The notes under the pieces were generated by a model. That model saw only the letters and a list, made by a program, of their open reading frames with translations, searched no databases and was not told where the DNA came from. A stretch of 63,029 bases of DNA, taken from Candidatus Omnitrophota bacterium (GTDB taxonomy: Bacteria; Omnitrophota; Gorgyraeia; Zapsychrales; Zapsychraceae). Below are positions 1 to 9,758 of this stretch, piece by piece. The position numbers and the translations under genes are program-made. The stretch lies in NCBI GenBank assembly GCA_018812705.1, contig JAHJCZ010000155.1:1-63029 (forward strand), read 5' to 3'. Every line of letters starts with the position of its first letter. The first letter of the stretch is position 1.

Positions 1-276
1 CTTTATTGATTGAGATTTTTTTACTATCTTGGGATTATCATAAAGATAATCCCAAACTTTTGGTGTAGTTTTTATAACGCTCATATAAGCATTGTGAACC
101 ACTTTTTCTAAAATAGGATAGGTATACCCGAAACCATTAATGGCTGGCACTTCTATTCCCGGATCTAACTGACGCAAAGATTCCTGAATAGCAATTGTAG
201 CTTGCCTATGTCCAGAAACCTTCGTAATATACATAGAAAGAACTCTACGTTTCTTTTCTCTTTTATTAGGATTCAT
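1..276 (-). CDS. Glycosyltransferase of the MGDG synthase/UgtP-like family, N-terminal part (runs off the window at position 1)
   Basis: Manual translation from ATG 276: MNPNKREKKRRVLSMYITKVSGHRQATIAIQESLRQLDPGIEV...YMSVIKTTPKVWDYLYDNP. The SGH..A motif and P..W..LY pattern resemble MGDG synthase N-termini; ATGA overlap with the upstream gene. Confidence 0.65.
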   Translation of the reverse strand, partial: MNPNKREKKRRVLSMYITKVSGHRQATIAIQESLRQLDPGIEVPAINGFGYTYPILEKVVHNAYMSVIKTTPKVWDYLYDNPKIVKKSQSIK

Positions 277-533
277 TGATTTTCACTTTCATTATTACCT
301 TCTTCATCAATATGAGCAATAACTTGACCGATTTTAATTTCCTGTCCAACAGCGACAAGGATATTGATTATATTTCCTGAAACTTTTGTTGGCACATTAA
401 ATGTTGCTTTATCAGTTACAACCTCAACAATATCATCATCAGCATTAACATGATCACCTACATTACAATGAAAACAAGCAACAGTTGCTTTTTCAATATC
501 TTCACCTAATTCTGGCAACTTTATTTCTTCCAT
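273..533 (-). CDS. Stand-alone lipoyl-carrier domain protein (E2-type lipoyl domain)
   Basis: IKLPELGE...VGDHV...IVEVVTDKATFNVP...G: single lipoyl domain with the TDKA lipoyl-lysine motif, 86 aa. Confidence 0.85.
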   Translation of the reverse strand: MEEIKLPELGEDIEKATVACFHCNVGDHVNADDDIVEVVTDKATFNVPTKVSGNIINILVAVGQEIKIGQVIAHIDEEGNNESENQ

Positions 534-537
534 GATC

Positions 538-1173
538 CTATCCTTTTATAAGTTCAAATTGCTTACAAAAGCAATCAATTAAGCTTTGTTTAACTTTACT
601 TATTTCAATATCCACACCTATAACTTGAGCGACTGATGTCATGCTAACATCCAATCCGCAAGGATTGATCATTGCAAATTGGTTTAAATCAGTATTAACA
701 TTGAGGGCTAACCCATGAATAGATACCCATTTGCGAACACCAATACCAATTGATGCGATTTTTTTATCTCCAACCCATGCGCCAGTCTTCCCCGACAATC
801 TATTAGCCACTATATCAAAATCGCTTAATAAATCAATCACAACTTGTTCTAATTTGTATAAATATTTCCTCAAATCCTTATCATAATTCGCTAAATTAAG
901 AATAGGATATGCGATCAACTGTCCCCTTGTATGCAAAGTAACGTCTCCACCCCTATCAATATTCAATACTTCTACCCCGCGCTCCTTTAATTTATCTTTT
1001 GAAAAAAGGACATTGTATTCCTTTGCCAATCTTCCCATTGTAAGAACAGTTGGATGCTCGCAAAGAATCAAGACCTGATCTGAACCGTTAAGAACTTCTT
1101 GAGCATACTTCTTCTGGAAATCGTAGGCCTTTTTGTAATCAATGATTCCGAGATCAATTACCTTACAATTCAC
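538..1173 (-). CDS. lipB: Lipoyl(octanoyl) transferase
   Basis: EHPTVLTMGR, DRGGDVTLH..GQL..YP, KIASIG, HGLALN, INPCG motifs. Confidence 0.93.
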   Translation of the reverse strand: MNCKVIDLGIIDYKKAYDFQKKYAQEVLNGSDQVLILCEHPTVLTMGRLAKEYNVLFSKDKLKERGVEVLNIDRGGDVTLHTRGQLIAYPILNLANYDKDLRKYLYKLEQVVIDLLSDFDIVANRLSGKTGAWVGDKKIASIGIGVRKWVSIHGLALNVNTDLNQFAMINPCGLDVSMTSVAQVIGVDIEISKVKQSLIDCFCKQFELIKG

Positions 1174-1208
1174 AATGAATCCTTTTTTAGAATAATTATT
1201 TTTTCAAG

Positions 1209-1250
1209 AAAAAAAGACCTTGTTCTTTAATATCGAACAAGGTCTTTTTT
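1209..1250 (-). terminator. Intrinsic terminator after the dehydrogenase gene
   Basis: Stem GACCTTGTTC/GAACAAGGTC with 9-nt loop, followed by T7 on the minus strand; A/T tracts on both sides. Confidence 0.85.
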
Positions 1251-1263
1251 AAAATAGTTATCA

Positions 1264-2469
1264 TTACTTTAATCTATTGACTTCAGCTTCCCAACAAACT
1301 TTAAGTTCAGGATTATCTATCCATGAAAATAAGTATTTGCAATATTCTTCTCCAGTAACTCCAGTATCTCTGCCAGTTATTACCATTTTCTTTTCAAACT
1401 GTCCGCACATTTCCAAGGCCATTTCTACTTTCTCAGCAATTTCCTGATAACCTATATGTCTAAGAAGCATTGAACTTGCCCTGATCATAGAACAAGGATC
1501 TGCATAGATATCTCTACCTTCCTTGACCATTCTTGGAGCACTTCCATGAATAGCTTCAAACATTGACCACTTGTCACCAATATTCGCACTACCAGCCGTA
1601 CCTACACCACCTTGCAGTTGCGCTGCTTCATCAGTTAAAATATCACCATATAGATTAGGCATAACCATTACTTTAAACTCTTGTCGACGCGCAGGGTCGA
1701 TCAGTTTTGCCGTCATAATATCAATGTACCACTCATCAACTTTTATACCAGGATATTCCTTAGCCAATCTATAAGCAACCTTTGAAAAACGCCCATCAGT
1801 TGTTTTGACAACATTTGACTTGGTCACAACTGTAACTCTATCAATATTATTGTTTTTAGCATACTCCAGTGCCATTCTAATGATTCTTTCAGATCCTTGT
1901 TCAGTGATCACCTTAAAATCAATACTAAGGTCCTCTGATACATCAAAACCCCTTGAGCCTAGAACATAAGCTCCTTCGGTATTTTCTCTAAAAAAACACC
2001 AATCAACACCTTCTTGAGGAATTTTTACAGGACGAACATTGGCGTAAAGATCAAGATATCTTCTCATAGCAACATTTGCGCTCTCGATGTTTGGCCATTC
2101 ATCTCCAGCTTGAGGTGTTGTAGTTGGTCCCTTCAAGATCACATGACAAGACTTTATCTCTTCTAAAACATCTGCTGGAATTGCTTTGTTTTGTTTAGCT
2201 CTATTTTCAATTGTTAAGCCAGTAATATCTTTAAATTGAATTTTTCCTTTTGCTACTTCATCATTTAAAACATATTCTAAAACACTTTGTGCATGTTTTG
2301 AAATGATCTTCCCAATACCATCTCCCCAACAAACACCTATATTTATTTTATCAAGCATTGCAAAATCAACCTTTTCGCAACCCTTTTTCATAACTTCAAC
2401 TCTTTCAAGCTGTTCTTCTAGAATAGCTCCAAATTTTTCTTTTGCTTTTTCAATCAATTCTTTTGACAT
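1264..2469 (-). CDS. icd: Isocitrate/isopropylmalate dehydrogenase family protein, probably isocitrate dehydrogenase
   Basis: GDGIG, LKGPTTTP, SANVAMRR, RENTEG, KSNV, NLYGDILTD, FEAIHGSAP motifs. Confidence 0.75.
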   Translation of the reverse strand: MSKELIEKAKEKFGAILEEQLERVEVMKKGCEKVDFAMLDKINIGVCWGDGIGKIISKHAQSVLEYVLNDEVAKGKIQFKDITGLTIENRAKQNKAIPADVLEEIKSCHVILKGPTTTPQAGDEWPNIESANVAMRRYLDLYANVRPVKIPQEGVDWCFFRENTEGAYVLGSRGFDVSEDLSIDFKVITEQGSERIIRMALEYAKNNNIDRVTVVTKSNVVKTTDGRFSKVAYRLAKEYPGIKVDEWYIDIMTAKLIDPARRQEFKVMVMPNLYGDILTDEAAQLQGGVGTAGSANIGDKWSMFEAIHGSAPRMVKEGRDIYADPCSMIRASSMLLRHIGYQEIAEKVEMALEMCGQFEKKMVITGRDTGVTGEEYCKYLFSWIDNPELKVCWEAEVNRLK

Positions 2470-2569
2470 GTTTTTCTCGTTCTAAGTATAAAGTACACTG
2501 GATTAATAAATATTAATAAATAACTGGTCTTGATTTAAACAAAAAAGAGAATAGGAAAAAAGAAGAATA

Positions 2570-3625
2570 TTACTTTTTAATTAACTGCTTGAATTCTTCA
2601 ACATTCGCCACATGCTTCATAGCTTCTTCATAGGATATTACTCCTTGTTTATAAAGCAATCTCAAAGACATATCCATTGTATGCATACCAAAGCTTGAAC
2701 CTGTTTGTATAGAGGTCGGAATTTGCTCCGTAGCCCTCTCTCTTATCAAATTACGTATAGCTGGCGTAGCAACTAAAACTTCTGTTGCAACAACTCGCCC
2801 TCCACCATCAGCTCGCGTTATAAGTTTCTGCGAAACAATTCCTTGCAAGCAAGTAGACAATTGCAAACGAATCTGCTGTTGTTGATGAGAAGGAAAAACA
2901 TCAATAATACGTTCGATCGTTTGAGCAGTATCCGGTGTATGCAATGTTGCAAAAACCAAATGTCCTGTTTCAGCTGCTGTAAGAGCAGTTGAAATAGTCT
3001 CTAAATCTCTCATCTCCCCGACGACAATAACATCAGGATCCTGCCTTAAGGCTCTTTTAAGAGCCTCTGAAAATGACAAAGTATCAGTATATAGTTCTCT
3101 TTGTTTAATGACGGCTTTTTTATTTGTGTGCATATACTCAATTGGATCTTCAACACAAATAATCATGCAAGGATTTTCCTCATTGATCAATTGTATCATC
3201 GCGGCAAGAGAAGTTGTTTTACCTGAACCCGTTGGACCCGTAATCAAAACAAGACCATTCGGCTTTCGTGAGAATTCAATAACTGAAGGTGGCAAACCTA
3301 AATCACCTATAGAAGGAATGAATAAAGGTATCCTTCTGAATGCAGCCTCCACTGAACCTTTTTGCAAATGAACATTAACCCTAAATCTATCAATGCCTTC
3401 AAACTCCAAAGAAAAATCTAATTCCTTATCACGTTCAAATTTCTCTTTCTGAACATCAGACAAAACACCATAAATACTTTTTTTCAATTGTTCTCTTGTT
3501 AAAGGACTTTTATCAGTTAAATTTAATTTTCCATCAATTCTTAAAATTGGAGGACTATTTTCGGTGAGATGCAGATCAGATGCCTTTTTCTCGACAGCTA
3601 ATTTAAGTAGTTCTTTAAGATCCAC
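2570..3625 (-). CDS. pilT: Type IV pilus retraction ATPase
   Basis: Walker A GPTGSGKTT, EDPIEY, DPDVIVVGEMRD, TLHT and the PilT signature AIRNLIRE; GTG start. Confidence 0.93.
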   Translation of the reverse strand: MDLKELLKLAVEKKASDLHLTENSPPILRIDGKLNLTDKSPLTREQLKKSIYGVLSDVQKEKFERDKELDFSLEFEGIDRFRVNVHLQKGSVEAAFRRIPLFIPSIGDLGLPPSVIEFSRKPNGLVLITGPTGSGKTTSLAAMIQLINEENPCMIICVEDPIEYMHTNKKAVIKQRELYTDTLSFSEALKRALRQDPDVIVVGEMRDLETISTALTAAETGHLVFATLHTPDTAQTIERIIDVFPSHQQQQIRLQLSTCLQGIVSQKLITRADGGGRVVATEVLVATPAIRNLIRERATEQIPTSIQTGSSFGMHTMDMSLRLLYKQGVISYEEAMKHVANVEEFKQLIKK

Positions 3626-3667
3626 TTTTATTCTCCTGATAAGATAACTGATTTAGGTGAGTAATCG

Positions 3668-4837
3668 TTAAGCCTGCTTTTTAATCCACGCTTTTATACG
3701 TTTTGTTCCTTCTAGTATCCTTTCACTAGAAGTTGCAAAACTCAACCGCATAAAACCTGGAGAACCAAAACTGTCTCCCGGGATCATTGCAACATTAACA
3801 TCGTTCAAAATATTTTTTGCTACTTCAAGTGATTCCCCTAATTTTGAAAAATCACAGAAGAGATAAAAAGCTCCTTGGGGCATAATATAACTTATTTCAT
3901 CAACTTCATCAAAAGCAGATGTAATAAGGTCGCGCCTTTTCTTGAACTCCTCTCTCATTGCAGTAAAATATTCTTTTGTCTCACTTAAAGCTTGAAGGGC
4001 AGCTTTTTGACTAATAGATGAAGGACATGAAGTTGAGTGATCTTGTAATTTCGTAATATATCCAAGGATCTCCTCGTTTGCAGCACAATAACCGATTCTC
4101 CATCCAGTCATAGCAGCTGACTTTGAAACTCCATTAACAGTTATTGTTAAATCATAAATTTCTTTTCCTAAAGAAGCGATCGAAACACATTCATCATCTC
4201 CGTAAACGAACTGTTCATAAATCTCATCGCTGATAACATAAATATTATTTTTAACACAAACATCTGCAATAGCTTGCAATTCCTCTTTTGAATATATCAT
4301 CCCCGTCGGATTTGAAGGAGAATTTAAGATCAAAAGCTTTGTTTTGTCTGTGATGCTATTTTCTAACTGTTTTGCTGTAATTTTGAAATTTGTTTCGGAG
4401 CTCGTTTTAATGAATTTTGATGTTGCCCCTGATAGCTTAACCATTTCTGGATAGCTAACCCAATATGGAGTTGGGATCAAAACTTCTTCTCCCACATCAG
4501 TCAAAACTTGAATTATACAAAACAAGGAATGCTTTGCGCCGCAGGAAACAGCTACTTGTGATGGTTTATATTCAAGATTATTTTCTCTTTTAAACTTATC
4601 GCAAATTGCTTGTCTTAAGTCAAGGGCTCCTATACTAGGAGTATATTTAGTATAATCTTCGCCAATAGCTTTAATAGCAGCATCTTTAATATGCTGTGGC
4701 GTTCCAAAATCAGGTTCGCCAGCGGCAAAGTTCACAACATCAAATCCTTTAGCTCTTAATTCCTTTGCTCTTGCTGTAATAGCTAAAGTTGATGAAGCTT
4801 CTAGAAATTTTACTCTGGTATTTACTTTTAACGCCAT
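3668..4837 (-). CDS. aspC: PLP-dependent class I/II aminotransferase (aspartate aminotransferase-like)
   Basis: GEPDF, NSPSNPTG, SDEIYE, SKSAAMTGWRIG (PLP lysine). Confidence 0.85.
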   Translation of the reverse strand: MALKVNTRVKFLEASSTLAITARAKELRAKGFDVVNFAAGEPDFGTPQHIKDAAIKAIGEDYTKYTPSIGALDLRQAICDKFKRENNLEYKPSQVAVSCGAKHSLFCIIQVLTDVGEEVLIPTPYWVSYPEMVKLSGATSKFIKTSSETNFKITAKQLENSITDKTKLLILNSPSNPTGMIYSKEELQAIADVCVKNNIYVISDEIYEQFVYGDDECVSIASLGKEIYDLTITVNGVSKSAAMTGWRIGYCAANEEILGYITKLQDHSTSCPSSISQKAALQALSETKEYFTAMREEFKKRRDLITSAFDEVDEISYIMPQGAFYLFCDFSKLGESLEVAKNILNDVNVAMIPGDSFGSPGFMRLSFATSSERILEGTKRIKAWIKKQA

Positions 4838-4847
4838 AGCTTAACTC

Positions 4848-5459
4848 CTATTTTCCAGAAGATTTTTTAATGAACATTTTTCTTATGCCACTAAATTTCT
4901 GTATTGACTTATCTTTTTCTTTGCCTTCTACTCCCTTTTTGATCTCGATCTTTAATTGATCTTTTTTCTTTGAAGATTCAGTTGCTTCATCTTTTGGCAC
5001 TGCTTTAGATGATTTGTTAGGATCTTCAGATTTTTCAGGAGCAACTTTTTCTACTTTAGTTTTTGCTGACGCTTTAACTCTTGCCTTACTTACAACAATT
5101 TCTTTTTTCTCAGTAAGTTCAAGAAAAACTAGCTCAGCATTATCACCTTTTCTTGTTCCAAGCTGAATAATTCTTGTATATCCACCTTTTCTCTCTTTAA
5201 AACGTGGAGCTATGTCTGAAAATAATTCGCTAACTAATCTGTGATTACATAGAACTGCAAATGCACGTCGCTTATCAGCCAACGTACCTTTTTTACCCAT
5301 AGTAATAAGTTTATCAACTAATTTTCTTGCTTCCTTAGCCTTAGCTTTTGTAGTACAAATCCTATCTTTTAACAGTGCAGCTTTTGCAATATCTCGCATT
5401 GTTGCTTTTCTAAGACTAGAATTCCTGCTCAATCTATTTCCTGAAATACCGTGTCGCAT
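4848..5459 (-). CDS. rplQ: 50S ribosomal protein L17 with long Lys-rich C-terminal extension
   Basis: MRHG...LSR, I.TT.AKAKE, GGYTRI motifs. Confidence 0.97.
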   Translation of the reverse strand: MRHGISGNRLSRNSSLRKATMRDIAKAALLKDRICTTKAKAKEARKLVDKLITMGKKGTLADKRRAFAVLCNHRLVSELFSDIAPRFKERKGGYTRIIQLGTRKGDNAELVFLELTEKKEIVVSKARVKASAKTKVEKVAPEKSEDPNKSSKAVPKDEATESSKKKDQLKIEIKKGVEGKEKDKSIQKFSGIRKMFIKKSSGK

Positions 5460-5527
5460 CTAATTTCCTTTATATTAACTAATACAAATTTTCTCAATTC
5501 TATCAACTGAGGGAGGCCAAAAGCAAA

Positions 5528-6517
5528 TTAGTCTTTTTTTCTTAGCTTTTTAGCATCCACTTTCATACCTAAATTAATGCCCATTACCTTCAATAGATCA
5601 TTAATTTCAGTTAGTGATTTTTTACCAAAATTCCTGAAAGTTAGAAGTTCTGATTCAGTCTTTTTAACTAATTCAGCAATTGTCTTTATATTTGCATCTT
5701 TTAAACAATTTGCACTTCTGACAGATAGCTCAAGTTCAGAAATAGGTAATCTTAGCTTTTCGTATAAAGATTGCTCTTCTGCTGATACTTCTTCTTCCTC
5801 TTCTTCTTCCTCAGGAAGTTGCCCGTAACTAACAAAAATATCCAAATGCCTTTGTAAAATATTGGCGCCGTAAAGTACCGCTTCTTTTGGATTGATACTT
5901 CCATTTGTCCATATTTCAATAAGCAAACAATCATAATCAGTTTTCTGTCCTACGCGAGTGTTCTCAACATCAAATTTAACTCTAGTAATTGGTGTGAAAA
6001 TTGAATCAATAGGAATCGTGCCGACTGAAGCATCTTTCTTATTTAGTTCTGCAGGAACATATCCACGACCGCGAGAAACTTCCATTTCAATTGAAAAAGA
6101 AGCGTCTCTTGATAATGTTGCAATATGAAGTCCTGGATTTAATATCTCCACTGTCTCATCACAAATAATATCTGCAGCTGTTACTTCGCCCTTCTTATCA
6201 ACTTTGATGTAAATTGGCTTAGGAACTTTAGAATGAGAACGTAGGACCAATCTCTTAAGATTAAGAATAATCTCAGATACTGACTCCATAACACCAGGAA
6301 TAGTTGAATACTCATGAGGAGCACCTTCAACCTTGATCGATGTTACAGCACTGCCTTCTATTGATGATAACAATGCACGTCTAAGGGAGTTTCCTAAGGT
6401 AATACCATAACCTCTCTCGAAAGGCTCGGCAATAAATTTACCATAAGTATCTGTATAAGTTGCTTCATCACAATCTAGCCTTTTAGGCATCTGAAAATCG
6501 CGCCATTTGACTCCCAT
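5528..6517 (-). CDS. rpoA: RNA polymerase alpha subunit
   Basis: EPFERGYGITLGNSLRR, alpha-CTD LELSVRSANCL, NFGKKSL. Confidence 0.99.
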   Translation of the reverse strand: MGVKWRDFQMPKRLDCDEATYTDTYGKFIAEPFERGYGITLGNSLRRALLSSIEGSAVTSIKVEGAPHEYSTIPGVMESVSEIILNLKRLVLRSHSKVPKPIYIKVDKKGEVTAADIICDETVEILNPGLHIATLSRDASFSIEMEVSRGRGYVPAELNKKDASVGTIPIDSIFTPITRVKFDVENTRVGQKTDYDCLLIEIWTNGSINPKEAVLYGANILQRHLDIFVSYGQLPEEEEEEEEVSAEEQSLYEKLRLPISELELSVRSANCLKDANIKTIAELVKKTESELLTFRNFGKKSLTEINDLLKVMGINLGMKVDAKKLRKKD

Positions 6518-6546
6518 TTGATCCTCCTAAATTTTGTTAGAATCAT

Positions 6547-6573
6547 TTCTGCAATTAATAAAATATTGCAGAA
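6547..6573 (-). other. Intergenic hairpin between rpsD and rpoA (possible processing/stability stem)
   Basis: TTCTGCAAT/ATTGCAGAA 9-bp inverted repeat with 9-nt loop; no U-tract. Confidence 0.4.
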
Positions 6574-6583
6574 GTTAAATTTT

Positions 6584-7213
6584 TTACCTTGAATAAAGCT
6601 CGACGATCAACTGCTCATTAACTGGGAACCCAATATCTTCACGCTGTGGCAGCCTTACAACCTTTGTCTTAAAATGTGCTTTATCTACTTCAAGCCAACC
6701 TGGAACACTTCGGTCTTTTGTGTTTTCCATATTATCTTTTACTGATTGTTGACCTTTTGTCTTAAAACGAACATCTATTTCATCATTATCTTTAACTAAA
6801 AATGATGGGATATTAACTTTCTTATCATTAACATAAACATAACCATGTCCAACCATTTGCCGTGCTTGTCGTCTTGTAGTACAATATCCTGCCTGAAAGA
6901 TAACATTATCTATTCGTCTTTCTAGAAACTGCAGCAAAATTGAACCCGTAATGCCTTTTTTTCTTGTCGCCTTAGCAAAATAACCTCTGAACTGTTTTTC
7001 AAAAAGGCCATAAATCCTTTTAACTTTTTGCTTTTCGCGCAGCTGAATCCCATAATTAGATAATTTAACTCTTCGGGACTTAGCACCCTCACCCGGAGCG
7101 TAACTTCTTCTATCAAAAGCACAGCGATGTGTAGAACACCTCGTGCCTTTCAAAAAAAGCTTTTCACCTTCCCGTCTGCACAATCGGCAACTTGATCCGA
7201 TATATTTTCCCAT
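6584..7213 (-). CDS. rpsD: 30S ribosomal protein S4 (Cys-containing type)
   Basis: CRLCRREG, QLREKQK, LERRIDN motifs. Confidence 0.99.
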   Translation of the reverse strand: MGKYIGSSCRLCRREGEKLFLKGTRCSTHRCAFDRRSYAPGEGAKSRRVKLSNYGIQLREKQKVKRIYGLFEKQFRGYFAKATRKKGITGSILLQFLERRIDNVIFQAGYCTTRRQARQMVGHGYVYVNDKKVNIPSFLVKDNDEIDVRFKTKGQQSVKDNMENTKDRSVPGWLEVDKAHFKTKVVRLPQREDIGFPVNEQLIVELYSR

Positions 7214-7228
7214 AAATTTCCCCTTCTC

Positions 7229-7627
7229 TTACACCCTACGTTTTTTTCTTGGACGACATCCATTATGAGGTAAAGGTGTAATATCCTTTATTGAAGTCAC
7301 CAATAATCCGTTTGCTTGTAATGCTCTAATTGCAGATTCTCGACCAGATCCCGGCCCCTTAACTAGAACTTCAACTGTCTTAAGACCTAACTCCTTAGCC
7401 TTCTTTGCAGCATCTGAACTAGCTAGCTGAGCAGCAAATGGAGTAGATTTTTTTGATCCGCTAAATCCGACAACACCTGGTGTTGACCAAACAATTACAT
7501 TTCCTTGAGCATCTGTAATAGTAATTGATGTATTATTAAATGTTGCTTTAATATGAACGACTCCAGAAGTTATCCCCTTTAATGCTTTCTTTTTAGCCTT
7601 ATCTTTACGCTTAATATCCTTTGCCAT
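7229..7627 (-). CDS. rpsK: 30S ribosomal protein S11
   Basis: [30 protein letters not shown]. Confidence 0.99.
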   Translation of the reverse strand: MAKDIKRKDKAKKKALKGITSGVVHIKATFNNTSITITDAQGNVIVWSTPGVVGFSGSKKSTPFAAQLASSDAAKKAKELGLKTVEVLVKGPGSGRESAIRALQANGLLVTSIKDITPLPHNGCRPRKKRRV

Positions 7628-7647
7628 TTAAAATCCTTTTTATTTGA

Positions 7648-8019
7648 TTATTTAGTCTTCTTACCACCAACTGATGGTTTTTTACCTTTTCTAATACGTG
7701 CATTTGTTTTAGTACGTTGCCCTCTTACTGGAAGACCTCTTCTATGCCTCAATCCGCGATAAGTTCCTATATCAACGTGTCTCTTCACGTTTTGACTGAC
7801 TTCTCTTCGAAGATCCCCTTCAATAATATAATTATTTTGAATTATTGATGTGATTCGAGCTATTTCCTCATCGGAAAGATCTTTTGCTCTTCTATTAATG
7901 TCTATATTTGCTTCTTTTAAAATTTCCAAGGTATTTGCAGGACCAACACCATAAATATATGGCAAAGCAGCCTCAATTCTCTTTTCCTTTGGAATATCAA
8001 CACCTAAAATTCTTGGCAT
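7648..8019 (-). CDS. rpsM: 30S ribosomal protein S13
   Basis: MPRILGVD, YRGLRHRRGLPVRGQRT. Confidence 0.99.
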   Translation of the reverse strand: MPRILGVDIPKEKRIEAALPYIYGVGPANTLEILKEANIDINRRAKDLSDEEIARITSIIQNNYIIEGDLRREVSQNVKRHVDIGTYRGLRHRRGLPVRGQRTKTNARIRKGKKPSVGGKKTK

Positions 8020-8023
8020 AATT

Positions 8024-8137
8024 TTACCCTTGTCTTTGTTTATGTTTTGGATTTGTGCAAATTACGCGAACAACACCTTTTCTACGTACAACTTTGCAAT
8101 TACTACATACTCTTTTAACAGATGATTTTACTTTCAT
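8024..8137 (-). CDS. rpmJ: 50S ribosomal protein L36 (Zn-binding type; below the ORF-track cutoff)
   Basis: Manual translation [37 protein letters not shown]. Confidence 0.97.
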   Translation of the reverse strand: MKVKSSVKRVCSNCKVVRRKGVVRVICTNPKHKQRQG

Positions 8138-8139
8138 TA

Positions 8140-8358
8140 TTACTTATTCCTGTATGTTATTCTTCCTCTTGTCAAATCATAGGGAGAAAGTTCTACTTTA
8201 ACTTTATCCCCTGGAAGAATCCTTATAAAATGTTTTCTAATTTTACCTGAAATATGCGCTAGAACAATATGCCCTTCTTCTAATTCAACTCGAAACTTAG
8301 CGTTTGGAAGGGCCTCTTTAACTATACCTTCAACTTCTATAAGATCTTCTTTAACCAT
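8140..8358 (-). CDS. infA: Translation initiation factor IF-1
   Basis: [33 protein letters not shown]. Confidence 0.99.
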   Translation of the reverse strand: MVKEDLIEVEGIVKEALPNAKFRVELEEGHIVLAHISGKIRKHFIRILPGDKVKVELSPYDLTRGRITYRNK

Positions 8359-9118
8359 GTTCCCTCGTTAATATTTCAGGCTTCTCTTTTGTCACTACAA
8401 TTGAATGCTCAAAATGTGCTGATGGTTTCCCATCTTTTGTAACGACTGTCCATCCGTCGTTTAAAATCTTTGTGTGCCAATCCCCAATATTTACCATTGG
8501 TTCAATAGCTAATACCATTCCTGCTTTTAATATAGGGCCATTGTTTGGTTCACCAAAATTCGGGATTTCAGGATCTTCATGCAATTGCTTCCCAATACCG
8601 TGACCTACAAACTCTCTGACAACTGAAAAACCATTTTCTTCAACATATTTTTGAATAGCATGTGAAACATCTGAAAGATGATTATTCTCTCTTGCTTGTT
8701 CAATCCCTCTATCAAGAGATTCTTTTGTTACGTCCATCAGTCTTTGAAACTCAGCGTCAATATCCCCTATTCCTGCAGTTATAGCCATATCAGAATAATA
8801 CTCTTTATAAATAATCCCGACATCCAAACTAACTATATCCCCATTTTCCATTTTGCGTTTAGAAGGTATTCCATGAACAACTTCATCATTAATTGAAACG
8901 CAAACACAACCAGGAAAACCTCTATAGCCTTTAAAAGCTGGTATAACGCCATAATCCTTTATAAGGTTCTCTGCAAGTATATCAATTTCTTGAGTTGAAA
9001 TTCCAGTTTTTAAAGAGCATTTTAATTCTTTTACAATAGCTGACAGTATCTTTCCAGCTTCCCTAAGAACAACGAGTTCTTCACTCGTCTTTATTCCAAT
9101 CTTATTAGTCTGATCCAT
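8351..9118 (-). CDS. map: Methionine aminopeptidase type I
   Basis: [25 protein letters not shown]. Confidence 0.97.
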   Translation of the reverse strand: MDQTNKIGIKTSEELVVLREAGKILSAIVKELKCSLKTGISTQEIDILAENLIKDYGVIPAFKGYRGFPGCVCVSINDEVVHGIPSKRKMENGDIVSLDVGIIYKEYYSDMAITAGIGDIDAEFQRLMDVTKESLDRGIEQARENNHLSDVSHAIQKYVEENGFSVVREFVGHGIGKQLHEDPEIPNFGEPNNGPILKAGMVLAIEPMVNIGDWHTKILNDGWTVVTKDGKPSAHFEHSIVVTKEKPEILTREHG

Positions 9119-9758
9119 TAAATATATCTAGCGCGTCTTCTTTAACTTCTTGCGAATCTTTATCTGCATTAACTTTTTTTAATTTATTTTGCCCTTCATA
9201 AAAACTTATTATCGGTGCTGTACTCTCATTATAAACATTCATACGATTCTTGATAGTTTCTTCATTATCATCAGCCCGTTGATATATTTCTCCACCGCAA
9301 GCGTCACAAATCCCATCTTCCTTTGATGGCATATTAACAATATGATATATCTTACCGCAACCTTTGCAAACTCTTCTTCCGGTCAGTCGAGCCAAAACAG
9401 TTTCTAAAGTAGCTTCCATGTATAAAGCACAATCAAGTGGCATTTCCAACTTCTCTAAAATTTTATCTAAATCCTCAGCTTGATTCACTGTTCTTGGAAA
9501 TCCATCCAGCATAAAACCATCTTTTGCCCTACTATCATTAGTCAATTTATTTTCTATCAACTTTGTAACTACTTCATCAGGCACCAAGCCACCAGACTCA
9601 ATGAATTTTTTTGCTTCCTGCCCCAGTGGAGTATTAGCTTTAAGTTCTTCCCTAAGTATATCGCCTGTCGAAACATGCAAAACACCTAAAGTATCCTTTA
9701 AAACACCAGCTAATGTTCCTTTGCCTGCTCCTGGAGGCCCTAGCAAAACTATTCTCAT
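9105..9758 (-). CDS. adk: Adenylate kinase with Zn-type LID
   Basis: GPPGAGKGT, LDGFPRT, CKGC...CDAC, RADD. Confidence 0.98.
   Translation of the reverse strand: MRIVLLGPPGAGKGTLAGVLKDTLGVLHVSTGDILREELKANTPLGQEAKKFIESGGLVPDEVVTKLIENKLTNDSRAKDGFMLDGFPRTVNQAEDLDKILEKLEMPLDCALYMEATLETVLARLTGRRVCKGCGKIYHIVNMPSKEDGICDACGGEIYQRADDNEETIKNRMNVYNESTAPIISFYEGQNKLKKVNADKDSQEVKEDALDIFNGSD

Noticed and set aside
5786-5815. Repeat-like tract in rpoA (poly-Glu)
   Set aside because: In-frame acidic linker between alpha-NTD and CTD; ordinary low-complexity coding sequence
5752-5934. Same-strand alternative-frame ORFs (also 6922-7122, 13869-14066, 15959-16192, 40545-40853)
   Set aside because: Nested inside conserved essential genes with no homology signal
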